Shown here: piece after piece, positions 1-12,295 of the stretch
Position numbering within the stretch: the stretch's first letter is position 1
Layout: each line of letters begins with the position of its first letter
Assembly (NCBI RefSeq): GCF_000143415.4
Contig: NW_003314268.1
Span: 1,220,768 to 1,284,767, forward strand
Origin: Selaginella moellendorffii
Taxonomy: Eukaryota; Plantae; Lycopodiophyta
Reading direction: 5' to 3'
DNA: 64,000 nucleotides
Translations under genes and position numbers: made by a program
Notes under the pieces: generated by a model
What the model was told of the DNA's origin: nothing
The model's database searches: none
The model's input: the letters and a program-made list of their open reading frames with translations, nothing else

Positions 1-246
1 TGTTTGTCTCAACGATCTTGGGCAAATGCAACTGGACTAGCAAATCCTCTTGTTCAAGAAAAAGTCTGGAAACTTTTAAAGTTAGCAAGATGTGCCAAGC
101 CCTTCACATTTTCCAGACCATAAATAGTGTCTGAAAATCTCACCTAATGTCTCAAATTTTGCTATGGCTAGAAGCTTAATGTCAACACTATAAACTTCAT
201 GTAGTATAATGACTCTAAACTACTTACAAAGTGGAGGACAACCATG

Positions 247-383
247 GAGGCATCAGCGAGGACGTAGCAGCAGCAATGATTGTGAGCGGGTTCTGTCGTG
301 AAGTTGTGGACCAGTTTGTTGGAGAGTTTGAGAGGGAGCTTCCCGAGCTTCTCAGGATGAAGCTCAAGGGCTCCGTTGGTTAG
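247..383 (+). pseudogene. sufB: Duplicated 3' fragment of sufB (last ~44 codons)
   Basis: Translates to [44 protein letters not shown]. This is nearly identical to the C-terminus of the gene at 24156-25791 (reverse complement of 24156-24292). No upstream sufB sequence is present. Confidence 0.9.
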
Positions 384-714
384 AAGAGAGAGAATGAGCG
401 AAGTCATCAAAGAATTGTGTTGATGAATTTGCTTTAAAGCTCAAGGTTAGATTGTTTTAGTTGAGCCTTAAGTGGACGCTGTACAGTGTGTATAAGTGGC
501 ATTAGTGCTATTTGAGCCACGAGAAGCCCTGACAAAAACTATACTTTAGAGTGATTCTACTATATTGCAATTGGCTGGTTTAATGTTTCTAGTTTCTAGA
601 TTGCTGGGGTTTCAGAGCAATTTGTATGCGTTTGTTGCACCAAAAATCTCTAGGATAGCACGAAATCAAGTACTTGAGAGCCAGCCTTTTGTCTTTATTT
701 TAACATTAACGATG

Positions 715-718
<4 letters not shown>

Positions 719-759
<41 letters not shown>

Positions 760-800
760 ATATGTATGTATGTATGTATGTATATGTGTATGTATATATA
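719..800. repeat. Compound microsatellite (TA)n(TG)n(TATG)n
   Basis: Visible directly. The mirror position at ~23793-23825 has a much shorter version. Confidence 0.95.
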
Positions 801-802
801 CT

Positions 803-3800
803 TAATATCGATGTCTTGCCAAAATGCTTGCATGACACTCTTGGAAGGTCTCCTTGCATAAGTTGTGGCTTGAACTGAGAACTATAAGACCCTTTTGCCA
901 TAATAAATTCTCATGATACATTAGCTTCTCATGCGTATAGTCAGGATTATCACAAAACTGTTGCCAAATATCCGAAAGCATCGGATCCAGCAAGTAGCCT
1001 TCGTGAATCTTATCAACATACACTGCTTGCTTCAGTACGTTCAAATCATCGTGAACCTAAACCCTAACACATCAGGAAGGATGTGCTTTTCCCTGTAGTG
1101 AAATCCAATGCTTGCAGTTGCTCCACCCAGCACTGCTATTTCTTGGACAAATGTTGTTGCTCCAAAATAAATTTGAGGCTGTGATGGTTTGTTTGGAGCA
1201 TAAACTGTCGAGGCAACAGATAATGGTGGTAGCGACCAATTGCATGAATAACTGCTAGCATTTCCTGTTCATACACTAGTAACCTGAACTTCTGAACAGA
1301 GAAGCGACAACTATCAAAGGCCACCAATTCCTCTCCTTGGCAGAGAACTGCTCCAATTCATGCATCTGATGCATCAGTATCAACAATGAAAAGTTGCGAG
1401 AAATCTGGAAGCAAAAGTAACAGTGCACCCAGAAGTCGTTGCTTCAGCAACTCAAATGATTCTTGGGCTACATCTGACCATTGAAAAGTAGAAGAGCGCA
1501 AAATATTGCTGAGCAGAGCCGCAATAGAGGCAAGCAATGTAAATAGTTTACAAAGCCATAAAAAGCTCATAGTTGCTTCAAAGATTTGGGAAGTGGCCAA
1601 TTTGCAACAACTTATAATTGTGATGGATCAACCCATACCTTGCCAATGTCCTACACAAAATCTAAGGTACTGAATGGTCTTCAGTCCAAAAGAACACTTG
1701 GATAACTTTGCAACCAAAGCATTGTTCTCCAATGGATAAAATCACTTCCAAGTGGTGCAAGTGTTCTGTCCAGTTCTGACTATAGATTAGTATGTCATAA
1801 AAAAGAAATTATAACGAACTGGAAGAAATACATAGCCAAGAGCTTGTTCACGAGACTTTCAAACGTAGTAGGCACATTAGTAAGGCCAAAAGGCATTACT
1901 CTGAATTGAAACAATCCTTGGTGAGTCCTGAATGCTGTCTTGGCCTTGTCCTCATCTTGCATGGCAATATGATAGTAACCAGAATGAAGGTCAATCTTGG
2001 AAAAGAACTTGGTGCTGCCAAGTTCATTCAGAAGCTCATCTACCCTGGGAATAGAGAACCTATTCTTGACGGTTATCCTGTAATCCACCACCATGAACCA
2101 TAAAAGATGTGAACAAACTATTGCTTTCCTCCACCAACCCTTCCTGTTGTAATTCCTCCACCATGGTATCAACGTTGGCTCGTCCCTCCCTACTCAGACG
2201 AATTATCAGAAAGTTAACTGTGATGGAGTGCGGTTCTAACTCAATCCGATGTGTGATCCTAGTGACTTCACTAAAATGATTACTAATTTTCCGAGTGAAA
2301 ACATGGGCATGCTGGATTGCCACTGCCTTGATATCTGCATGCATGGAGGAAGACTTTATGTCTGTCACTGCCTCCTCCACCTCAACTGATGAGAACTCTT
2401 CCCCCTTCCCACAAAGACTGGAATCGAGTTGCCTATCACTAGCAACCAAATTCATTGCACTACCACTTTCTTTGCTGCTTTCTTCAAGTGTAGTCTTGAG
2501 CTTATTCAAGTCCCCACTCCTTTCTTCACAGTGTTGTCCTGCTTTCTTCACACCCAGACTTGAAGCTTGAGCAAGAAACCCACTACTTTCTCCACAGTGT
2601 TGTCCTACTTTCTTCACACCCGTCTCTAGCTGCCCACATGGACCACTACTACTTTCTTTGCAGTGTTGTCCTGCTTTCTTCACACCCAGGTCCAAAAGAT
2701 GCAGCTCAGCTATCTTTTTTTCTTGAAGGTACAAAAGAAAGGAAAGTTGTTGGGCTCCTTCCAAAAAGCTCTCTACCGTCTCCAGCATACTTGCATTCGA
2801 ACGGGTACGATTATTAAAAAACGCCGATTAAAACGCGCGTATAATACGGCGTTTAAAACGGCGTTTAAACACCAAGAATATTTTTAAAAACCCTAAAGAA
2901 TATGCTTTCTTTTACTTAGGATTAGGGTTCATGTAAAATCAGGGTTCGAAAAAAACCGTAAAATCAGGGTTCGAAAAAAACTGAAAACCATTATACCCGT
3001 TCGAAAAAAAGCTAAACAGGTATTAAACGTTCGATACCCGTTCGAATCCGGTTGCGTTCGAATGTTCGGATGCAAGTATGGTCTCCAGCAACCCTTCGTG
3101 TCTGCCTCACATGACACTCTGGAAAGAGGCGAGTTCTCTCTCCCCATCACGGCAGTATCTCTGGCAGTTCCCCACTAGCCTCTTGTGTGAAGAAGTAACC
3201 CGAGCTCCTTGAGCCGAGATTCCAAGGTCTGCTACTTCTCTGCTAAAAGACACATCACTGCTATGCTCTCATACTATTGATCTGCTAACAACTGGACCAA
3301 AACTTGCATGCCCCGGATTGTAGCTATGACTTGCTGCTGGTGAAGAAGATTCTGCTTGATCAATGCTTGCATGGTTGATTCCAATTGCTGGATTATCAAT
3401 CCTTGCTCTTCCTTTTCCCCTTCTTGGTCATGCACCTGATTTGGATTGGAAACTCACTCTAGCTCCTCGTCCATTAGTGTGGTGGCCTCAATTTGCTTCT
3501 TTATTGGCCTCATGTTTACAAATTTTGCCAAAGATGCTAGAGAAGCCATTTGCAAAGAAACCCTATTTCGCCATAGCACCCATACAAAGGGATAACTGAC
3601 TCTAAGTTGGTCATGCTGATTAACTAGCTGAAAATGACATCTGCTAAGACTCCCATAACCAAAATCCTTTTTAGGATTGCCTGCATTAGCCCCATCCTTT
3701 GCTATGATGCCAAACCCTTGCCTGGTACACCCAATATGATTGGTAGTGTTGCTTCGATACCACTGTTTAGATCTGCCCAGATCTCCTAGTAGGAATCACT

Positions 3801-3963
3801 AATATATTCCATGGAAGAGAAATACAGAGGAGGAAAAGAGAGAAATTGGAAGAGGAGAGAAGAGAAAATAGAACCCAAAAATATAACCTACCTTCCATAC
3901 CAATTTCTCCCTCCTTTAATGAGGAATCCTTGCCGTACCGTGCTCACCAAGCTTAAATTGTCC
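803..3963 (-). mobile_element. Degenerate Ty3/gypsy element (left-arm copy); gag/protease deleted, 3' truncated
   Basis: RT motif RFSIPRVDELL...FFSKIDLHSGYYHIAM...KTAFRTHQGLFQFRVMPFGLTN. RNase H motifs VDTDASD and YEQEMLAVIHA. PBS TGGTATCGAAGC at 3762-3751 next to a ~200-bp LTR (~3764-3963). Confidence 0.85.
2786..3080. mobile_element. hAT-type MITE (295 bp)
   Basis: Terminal inverted repeats CATACTTGCAT(T/C)CGAAC. 8-bp target-site duplication GTCTCCAG at 2778-2785 and 3081-3088. The empty site, with a single copy of the target, is in the mirror arm at ~21758-21765. Confidence 0.92.
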
Positions 3964-4717
3964 AGGTCAAAACTGTCCAAGGAAGCAATGAGAACACTTC
4001 CTAACAACAAGGCTGTGTGTGTTTTCTTTTCAAGGTTCCATGTGGCTGCTTTGGCACACACATCGTGGAATTTGCTCAATTTCCAGAATGTTTTGTCGCA
4101 CTTGCCAAGCAAAAGGCTCAAAAACTTATTGCCACAAGTAATTCTGGAGGATAGGGATAAAGGTTGGAAATTCCTTAAGGGCTTTGCTGCATTGCTGCTG
4201 GATTAGATGAGCCATGAATATGCCTTGAAGAAGGTCTAGGATCTCAATGCTGAGTTCTTGGACAATCTTCCTGTCATTGATATGATTTTAAATTTCTTTC
4301 CTATTCCCATATAATTGCTGTACAATGTTGTAACTGCTGTGTTGCTGTACAAAGTTGTGTACAACTTCAGTCCATGTTATCCTATGTGGGAAAAGTTTCT
4401 TCCAGCAATGGAAAAATGTCCTCTTCATCCACAGTTTTCTTCTTCATTATTCTCATCTTGGTTTGGTTCTTGTGTGGCTGGCCTCAGGAGAAATGGCTCT
4501 ATCACCAAGGGATCATTATTTGTAATCAAGGCATTTGTAGGAGCTACAACTGTAAGGACCACAACATATATTTATGAAGAGAGAATTTAAAAAAAATAAT
4601 GACTTACGTTCACAAACATCCTTCTCCTCGAGTGCTTGGGCCTAATTTTAATAACTTAGCCAATGTTTGTCAATAAGATGCTCCATAACATCGTATAAGT
4701 AGATTACTATTGCTCGG

Positions 4718-5879
4718 TGTAAGGAACCGACTCCCCGAGCTGTCGTAAGCTAAAAGATCCCCGAAAGCATGACCGAAATGACAAAGAGTTCATCGAATGG
4801 GACCGAGTCGAAGATCGAGTCCAAGACCGACTCTGAGACCGAGTTCGAGATAGAGTCTGGGATCGAGCCGAGGCCGAATTGGAGACCGAGTTCAAGACCG
4901 AGTTCGAGACTGAGTTCGAGACAGAGTCCAAGATCCAAATCGGGTTCGAGACCAAGTCTGAGGTTGAGTCCGAAGTCGAGTCTGAGATCGGATCCAAGAT
5001 TGAGTTCGAGATCGAGTCCGAGACCGAGTCCGAAGTCGGGTCCGAGATCGAGTCCGAGATCAAATCTGAGCCTAAGTCCAAATACTAATACAGGTCAAGG
5101 GGTGAAAGCCCAAAACATGCGTCTCCTGGGGGGGGGAGGGGGGGGGGCTGTAGAGGGTTCCAAAAGTATAGTAGGGATAGTGAGGTCCAGGAACTAGTCT
5201 TGAAGGAACTCTTTAGTGGTGCTTCCAAACTGACTTGAGGTTGAGACTGGGGCCGAGGGGCCTTGAGTGGGAGTGAGCATGGGCTTGGATGGTGCCAGAG
5301 GGGCCACCCAGGGAAGTGTTCAAGAGCAGCTCCCACTCTTGAAAGGGAAACCGACTGCGGTGCTCCCGACTCATGTGGAGTGGTGCCCCACATGAGTACC
5401 TTGTGGCTCTTTGGTCCTTGCCCTTTCTAGGGGCTTGGGCCTTCCCTTCGGGATGGAAGTGAGGGGTAGAGGTACCCATACTGGGCTGTTAGGCCACGAT
5501 GTTTCGCCCCGATGTCCCAAAGCAAGTGTTGCACCCAAGGCTTGGGATTTAGAGGGTCCCATGATCAAGTTTTGTTGTACCAAGGTGTTAGGAACCTAGA
5601 GGCTTGGTGTGCTTGGCTACTTATGCCTATGGGGAGTGTAGCCAAACCTTAAGTCCAATCTAACCTGGGGAGGGGGATTGGGAGAGAATTGGGAATCCGT
5701 AGATGGATGGCTAACACTCCATTGCTCGTGCAATGAGTAGTTGAAACCAAGTAGGACAAAGTAGAGGCTGGTACAATAGGCGGGAACTTTGGTGAGGGAA
5801 CTTAGCATAAGCCAAGGCAGTGTTGGTCGGATAGACGAGGTAAGCTGGCAAATTGGAAAGGAAAAATTTGTGGCTTACA
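4718..5879 (+). repeat. 5' LTR of chromovirus copy 1 with a hexamer array (GAGTCC/GAGACC/GAGATC) at ~4800-5080
   Basis: TG...CA ends, followed by the PBS. Homologous to 46955-48002. Confidence 0.88.
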
Positions 5880-8800
5880 ATTTGGTATCGGAGCCTTTTC
5901 CTCAGTTCTAGCGAAGGATAGAGGTGGATTGCTCGGAGATGGCAAAGGCAGGGCGTAAGCGAACCCAGGTGGAGACGGAACCTCTGCCAAAGCTGGAGCC
6001 TCCGGTCGAACAAGAGGCTATGGATGAGGAATCCTTGCATGAGGAGGACTCTAGTGAGGAAACTTCCAAACATGAGTCCGGTGGCGAGGTTCGGTCGTCT
6101 AAGGCTCGATTGGACGTTCTAGAAGGACAATTGGCGCAGACCAATGCCCTGCTAGAGACTCTCGTACGCAAGCTAAAGCGTGACGAGAAGCGGAAGAAAA
6201 AGCGAAAGACTGCGGATGCTGGTAGCGCAAAAGGTGCGGACCCTTCGGCAGGGACTGAGGCAAAACTAGACAAGGTCGAACAGACCGAAGTGGAATCAAT
6301 CCCTCAGGCAATTCCCAAGTACAAACCAAAGCCCCCACCGGTCTTCAAGGGAGTGAACAACTATAAGGTGGTGGAGGATTGATTTTACGATATGGAGGAC
6401 TACTTCCGAGCATTGCGGTTACCAAGCTCGGAGAAGGTCCCATGTGCAAAACCATATTTGGCAGATAATGCCAAGTCTTGGTGGAGAATGACAGAGGCCA
6501 ACGAAGGACCTGTGGCCACTTGGGAAATGATGAAGGCGAGGATCCGCGCGACTTATGTTCCTCCGAATGCTACTCTGCATCTAAGGGACAAGCTGAGTAG
6601 GCTGAAGCAGACCGGAACCATTCAGGAGTATGTGAATGGGTTTATGGCAAAGAGGATACTTGTCACGGACATGGGGGATATGGATGCATTCCATGCCTTC
6701 ATATCAGGTTTGCAAACCTAGGCTCGCAGTGAGGTGATGCGGTGGAACCCAACCAACTACAAGGAAGCATTGGATGCGACCATCAAGGTGCATTTCAACG
6801 ATAACCTACAAAAGGGGAACACAACGGGGTCGGGATCCACGTTTAGCAAAGGGGCCAAACCAAGGGGAACGTATAGCAGGGGGAAATTCAAGAAGAGTTT
6901 CTCTAAGAATGAGTCCTCGGGGTTCCGGAAAGGCAAATCCAATGGCCAGCGAGCGAGTACGTGGGGGAGTCAAGCGAAAAGAGACAAACCCATGGATAAG
7001 AAGGTCAAGTCATATAGCAGCGTGGGAAACAACGTATGCTACAACTGCGGTGAAGCGGGACACTTTTCGAGGGAATGTCCCTACCCGAAGAAGGCCAGAG
7101 CCAATATGGCCATCAAGTCGGGTGAAGTCCAAACTGAGGTATGTGATCCAGTCCCTAACTCAAAGTTACTCATTACACGAGCAACTTTGGTAGAGAGTCG
7201 TTCGCGACATCTACTAGCCCTCCGAGGGAAGCTCGGAGGTAGCTTTGTTAAAATCCTTATTGACACGGGTGCTTCGGATAATTTTGTGGCTGCAGACATA
7301 GTCCGGCAAGCCGGACTAACGGTGCAGCGGCTAGGCGAACTAAGGACTATAGAGTTTGTTCAAGGTAGCCAAAGGACCGATGAGGTACTTTGACAAGCGA
7401 GAGTCGAAGTAGGGACATGGAAAGTAGACATGGATTTCACCGTGTTGGACATGGTGGGATTTGACATGATCTTCGGAATGGATTGGTTCAATCGATTCGT
7501 GGTGGCCATGCATGGACAAGGTAGGAACCTTGTGGTACTGGCGAATGCCCAAGGAAGAAGATTTAGGGTGGAGGCCCAGGATCTAAAGGTAGGGCAAAGC
7601 AAGGCCAAAGATTCCTGCTTAAACCTGGTGTCCACGAGAGGATAACTCACTAAAGGAACTAAGGCAGCTTTTTTGTGCTTACTCTTGGTGAAGAGTGACA
7701 AAAAGATAGAAACGGAAGAAGTACCTTTAGTGATCCAGCGGGTGTTGGACCAATTCCAGGATACCATGCCAGAGGAGCTACCAGCGGGGTTGCCCCCCGC
7801 ACGACCGATAAAACATAAGATTGAGCTGGTCGAGGGTGTTGAGGCGGTGGTTCGTCCCCCCTATCATTTGAACGAAAAAGAACTCAAGGAGCTCAAGTGC
7901 CAACTAGAGGAGTTGGTGGACAAAGGGTATGTTAGGTTAAGCAAGTTGCCGTATGGGGCGCCGGTGTTATTTGTGAAAAAGAAAGATGGATCTATGCGCA
8001 TGTGCATAGACTACCGGTTGCTCAACAAGTATACAAAGAAGAACAAGTATCCTGACCTTAGGTCAATCCTTGAGAAGTATTTTGCCTTTCCCAACCTATC
8101 GAACATGTCCTCAATTCTTGGCAAAGGGTACTACCAGATCAAGGTAGCCGAGGAAGATGTCAAGAAGACAACTTGTCGAACGAGGTATGGGAGCTATGAG
8201 TGTTTGGTGATGCCCTTCGGGCGATGCAATGCGCCGGCAACGTTTTCGGCGCTGATGAACCACATCTTTGTACCTTATCTGGATCACTTCATGGTCGTTT
8301 ATATCAACGACATCCTGATCTATAGCGAGACACTAGAGGAGCATGCCGAACACTTGGCGAAGGTGTTTGAGAAACTAAGGGAACACAAACTGTATGCTAA
8401 AGAGAGCAAATGTGACTTTGCTCAACAAGAGGTAAAGTTTCTTGGGCATGTGGTGGGCCAGGACGGGCTCAAGGTGGACCCGGAGAAGGTCCAAGCGATC
8501 CAGGAATGGGAGCGACCATCAAATATGAGTTGAGGGCATTCTTGGGGCTATGCAACTACTACCGAAAGTTTATTAGACACTATTCAAGAGTAGCCCTGCC
8601 CTTAATAGACCAAACAGGAAAAGGGAAGATGGTATGGACAGTGGAATGCGAGGCGGCATTCGTCCATCTCAAAGGGAAGTTGAGGAAGGCCCCCCGTGTT
8701 AGCATTACCAGACTTTGGTAAGGACTTTGAGGTAGAAACAGATGCTTCGGACTTTGCGTTGGGCGCAGTTTTGAAGCAAGACAACCATCCAGCAACGTTC

Positions 8801-9809
8801 TTCTCGAAGAATTTAGACAAGGCTCAACGGAAGTGGCCTGCCCACGAGAAGGAATTGTTTGCGGTGGTCAAGGCGCTCAAGGAGTGGCGACACTACCTTG
8901 GGAGACACTTCAAGGTTTACATGGACAATGTGGCAACGAAACACTTCTTATCACAGCCCGACTTGAGAGGGAAACAAGGTCAGTGGGCCAATGCCTTGGC
9001 CAAGTTTGATTGTGAGATTCTGTACAAGCCTGGGAAGAACAACATCGTGGCGGATGCGCTAAATCGAAAAACGAGCTTGAGGTTGGTGATATCCAGTGCA
9101 ACAGCAACCTTTTGGGATGATGTGCGGACAGCATATGAGAATGATGGTCTAGCACAAGAAGTGTTGTTGAGGAATCTAGAGGCATGGGAAGCTCACCAAA
9201 GAGGTGAGCTGCCAACGGAAGAGAAAACGAGCTATGCGGAACGCAACAGACTCATCTATTACAAGCAAACGAGGGTGTATGTTCCAGAAGGGGAACTAAG
9301 GAAGGTAGCCTTAGAAGAGTGTCATGACGGACCTCTTGCAGGACACGGCGGAGTGCCCAAGACAATAGGCTTACTCAAGAGGAAGTACCATTGGCCAGAT
9401 ATGGCTAAGGACGTCCAAGACTATGTAAAGACATGTCCAACATGTTAGCAGGTCAAAGCCGTGACTAAGGCTAGTGGGGGCTTGTTGCAAAGCATCCCAA
9501 TTCCAGATCGTCTGTGGAAATGTCTTATGATGGACTTCATCACGGGACTTCCCCCAAGCGAGGGGTTTGATGCGATATTCGTGGTGGTGGACCGATTTTC
9601 GAAAATGGCACATTTCATACCCACCACAACGGAAGTGGATGCGGAAGGTGTGGCGAAGCTGTTCTTCGAACAAGTGGTTCAAGTGCGGGGAAGGCCAGAA
9701 GAGATCATCTCAGATCGAGATAAGATCTTCACTAATAGGTTCTGGAGGACTCTCCTGGAACAGTATCGCACCAAGTTGAAATTCAGCACAACCTATCACC
9801 CACAGACAG

Positions 9810-9856
9810 ATATGGGGTATTAAGTCAAGTTTGGTAGCACTAACACTTCTTGACAG
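9810..9856 (+). other. 47-nt intron-like insert in the integrase core (AT..AG ends, CTAAC branch motif)
   Basis: Removing it restores YHPQT/DGQTERVN in frame. The same 47-nt insert is at 52649-52695. Confidence 0.6.
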
Positions 9857-10256
9857 ACGGACAAACGGAAAGGGTGAATAGGCAGCTGGAGGATTATTTG
9901 CGATGCTATGTCTCAGAAGACCAGACCGATTGGGTAAGTTATTTGGGACTTGCGGAAATGTGTTATAACAACTCACCACATTCGAGTATCAGGGTGAGTC
10001 CATGGGAAGTCATCAATGGGCGAGCTATTGAAGGTCCTGTGGAGCTCGGCGTGGCCGAGTACTAGGAGAGCTGGCCGTAGTGGAGGCATTCACGGCAGAA
10101 AGACTCAGCATTTGGAATCTAGTGAGGGATTCCTTGGAACGGGCTCAACGTGAACCAAAAGCGTCAGGATGTAGAGTTCCAAGCTGGGGAGAAGGTGTGG
10201 TTGAACACCAAGAACCTCAGGCTACCAAGTGGGATCAGCCGAAAGTTGATCTAAAG

Positions 10257-10308
10257 GTAAAAATGCATGTATTCCTGTAAATGAATTGATTTTGAGTTCC
10301 TTAAGCAG
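10257..10308 (+). other. 52-nt GT-AG intron in the integrase GPY/F domain
   Basis: AG|GTAAAA...CCTTAAGCAG|G. Removing it restores RKLxxR/FAGPYEIEARIGKVAY in frame. The same 52-nt intron is at 53114-53165. Confidence 0.8.
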
Positions 10309-11045
10309 GTTCGCTGGGCCCTACGAGATTGAGGCACGAATCGGTAAAGTGGCTTACCGTCTCTGACTTCCTCGAGAGATGGGGAAGATGCACCCAGTGT
10401 TCCACGTGAACTTACTCAAACCGTACTTTAAGGATCCACTTCGCAAGGACCAAGTGAGACCTTTACCTAAGATTATCCAAGGGTTTGCCAACACTGCCAC
10501 TAGATCGAGGCCCACAGGCCCGACCACTAAGTCCCATGGTCCTCTGGGACTTCCTCACCACACGACTGTGTCCTTAGTCACTACCCCAGAGGACTGCTCC
10601 TCTTCCTTTCCACAGTTTAGGCCTTTGGGACAACATTTCAGAACACCGTGGCCTTACGCGAGCCACCTAGGTACTCTCCCCGCCTTTCGCCTTTAGGTGC
10701 TCTAGCCATGGGCTTAGAGCGAGGTTCCATTGAGCCACACCTGGTATCCAAGTAGGTAGTGCCACCCACACTTGGACTGGGAGCATCGGCCAGTCGATCT
10801 CCCGGGGGAACTAGAGCCGGCTCTTGAACACTTCACCAAGCTACCCCGCTTGTCGGTCCATATTCACTCTAGTCTTGGACTTCCCAGTGGTCAGTTCATC
10901 ACCCAACACTGGGTCTGGCCTTCCTGGGCCAAACTGGCCTTTCCTGGCCAAACTGGCTCCACTGCAGTCCTCCCCCTACTATACTTTTGGAGCTCACCAA
11001 ACCCCCCAGGGTCTGGGAGATGAACGCTTTGGGCTTTCACCCTCT

Positions 11046-12295
11046 CAGACTCGAACTCGGACTCGGACTCGGACTCGGACTCGGACTCGGACTCGGACTC
11101 GGACTCGGACTCGGGCTCGGGCTTGGTCTCAGCCTTGGCCTCGGTCTCGGTCTCGGTCCCGGTCTCGGTCCCGGTCTCGGTCTCGGTCTCGGTCTCGGTC
11201 CCGGTCTCGGTCTCGACCTCGGACTCCATGTCGGGTCCTTCTCGGACTCCATCTCGAACTCCATCTCGGGCTCCGTCTCGGTCCATCTCGGACTCCATCT
11301 TGGGTCCATCTCAGACTCCGTCTCGGTCCACCTCGGACTCCATCTCGGACTCCATCTCTGGTCCATCTCGGACTCCATCTTGGACTCCATCTCGGGTCCA
11401 TCTCGGACTCCGTCTCGGTCCACCTCGGACTCCATCTCGGACTCTATCTCGGGTCCATCTCGGACTCCATCTCGGGTCCATCTTGGACTCCATCTCCACT
11501 GCAGTCCTCCCCTGCTGGCTCCACTGCAGTCCTCCCCCTACTATACTTTTGGAGCTCACCAAACCCCCCAGGGTCTGGGAGACGAACGCTTTGGGCTTTC
11601 ACCCTCTTAGACTCGAACTCGGACTCGGACTCGGACTCGGACTCGGGCTCGGGCTTGGTCTCAGCCTTGGCCTCGGTCTCGGTCTCGGTCCCGGTCTCGG
11701 TCCCGGTCTCGGTCTCGGTCTCGGTCTCGGTCCCGGTCTCGGTCTCGACCTCGGACTCCATGTCGGGTCCTTCTCGGACTCCATCTCGGACTCCATCTCG
11801 GGCTCCGTCTCGGTCCATCTCGGACTCCATCTCGGACTCCGTCTCGGTCCATCTCGGACTCCATCTTGGGTCCATCTCGGACTCCGTCTCGGTCCACCTC
11901 GAACTCCATCTCGGACTCCATCTCGGGTCCATCTCGGACTCCATCTCGGACTCCATCTCGGCTCCATCTCGAACTCTGTCTCGGTCCACCTCGGACTCCA
12001 TCTCAGACTCCATCTCGGGTCCATCTCGGACTCCATCTCGGGTCCATCTCGGACTCCGTCTCGGTCCACCTCGGACTCCACTTCGGGTCCATCTCGGACT
12101 CCATATCGGACTCCATCTCGGACTCCACTTCAGACTCCATCTCGGGTCCATCTCGGACTCCGTCTCGGTCCACCTCGGACTCCACTTCGGGCCCATCTTG
12201 GACTCCATATCGGACTCCACTTCAGACTCCATATCGGACTCCACTTCAGGTCCATTTCGGACTCCAACTAGGGTCCATCTCGGACTCCATCTCAG
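11046..12295. repeat. Hexamer-based satellite array (CTCGGA/CTCGGT/CTCCAT) inside the LARD 3' LTR
   Basis: Visible directly. It produces the RT, RS, LG and SD dipeptide ORFs in the track. Confidence 0.95.

Larger units (their letters stand above)
247..4330. repeat. Left arm of large inverted duplication (partner 19037-24292)
   Basis: Mirror ORFs with identical peptides: 1136-1327(-) equals 23290-23481(+), and 1358-1600(-) is nearly identical to 23017-23259(+). The inner ends match: tacaatgttg ending at 4330 and caacattgta starting at 19037. Confidence 0.93.
4718..10483 (+). mobile_element. Ty3/gypsy (chromovirus-type) LTR retrotransposon, copy 1; 3' truncated, several stops and frameshifts
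   Basis: 5' LTR TG..CA at 4718-5879, PBS TGGTATCGGAGC at 5883-5894. Gag starts at ATG 5939 and has zinc knuckle CYNCGEAGHFSREC. Protease ILIDTGASDNFV, RT ([19 protein letters not shown]), RNase H ETDASD, integrase HHCC, MDFITGLP, IISDRD and GPY/F domain. Breaks off just before the chromodomain seen in copy 2. Confidence 0.95.

Noticed and set aside
7139-7193. Possible 55-nt intron at the gag/protease boundary (GAG|GTATGT...CTAAC...TAG)
   Set aside because: The ORF already reads in frame into protease, and the branch and acceptor motifs are not kept in copy 2 (~49240-49295).
11046-12295. CRISPR-like appearance of the repeat arrays
   Set aside because: There are no unique spacers, the context is a eukaryotic LTR, and no cas genes are present.
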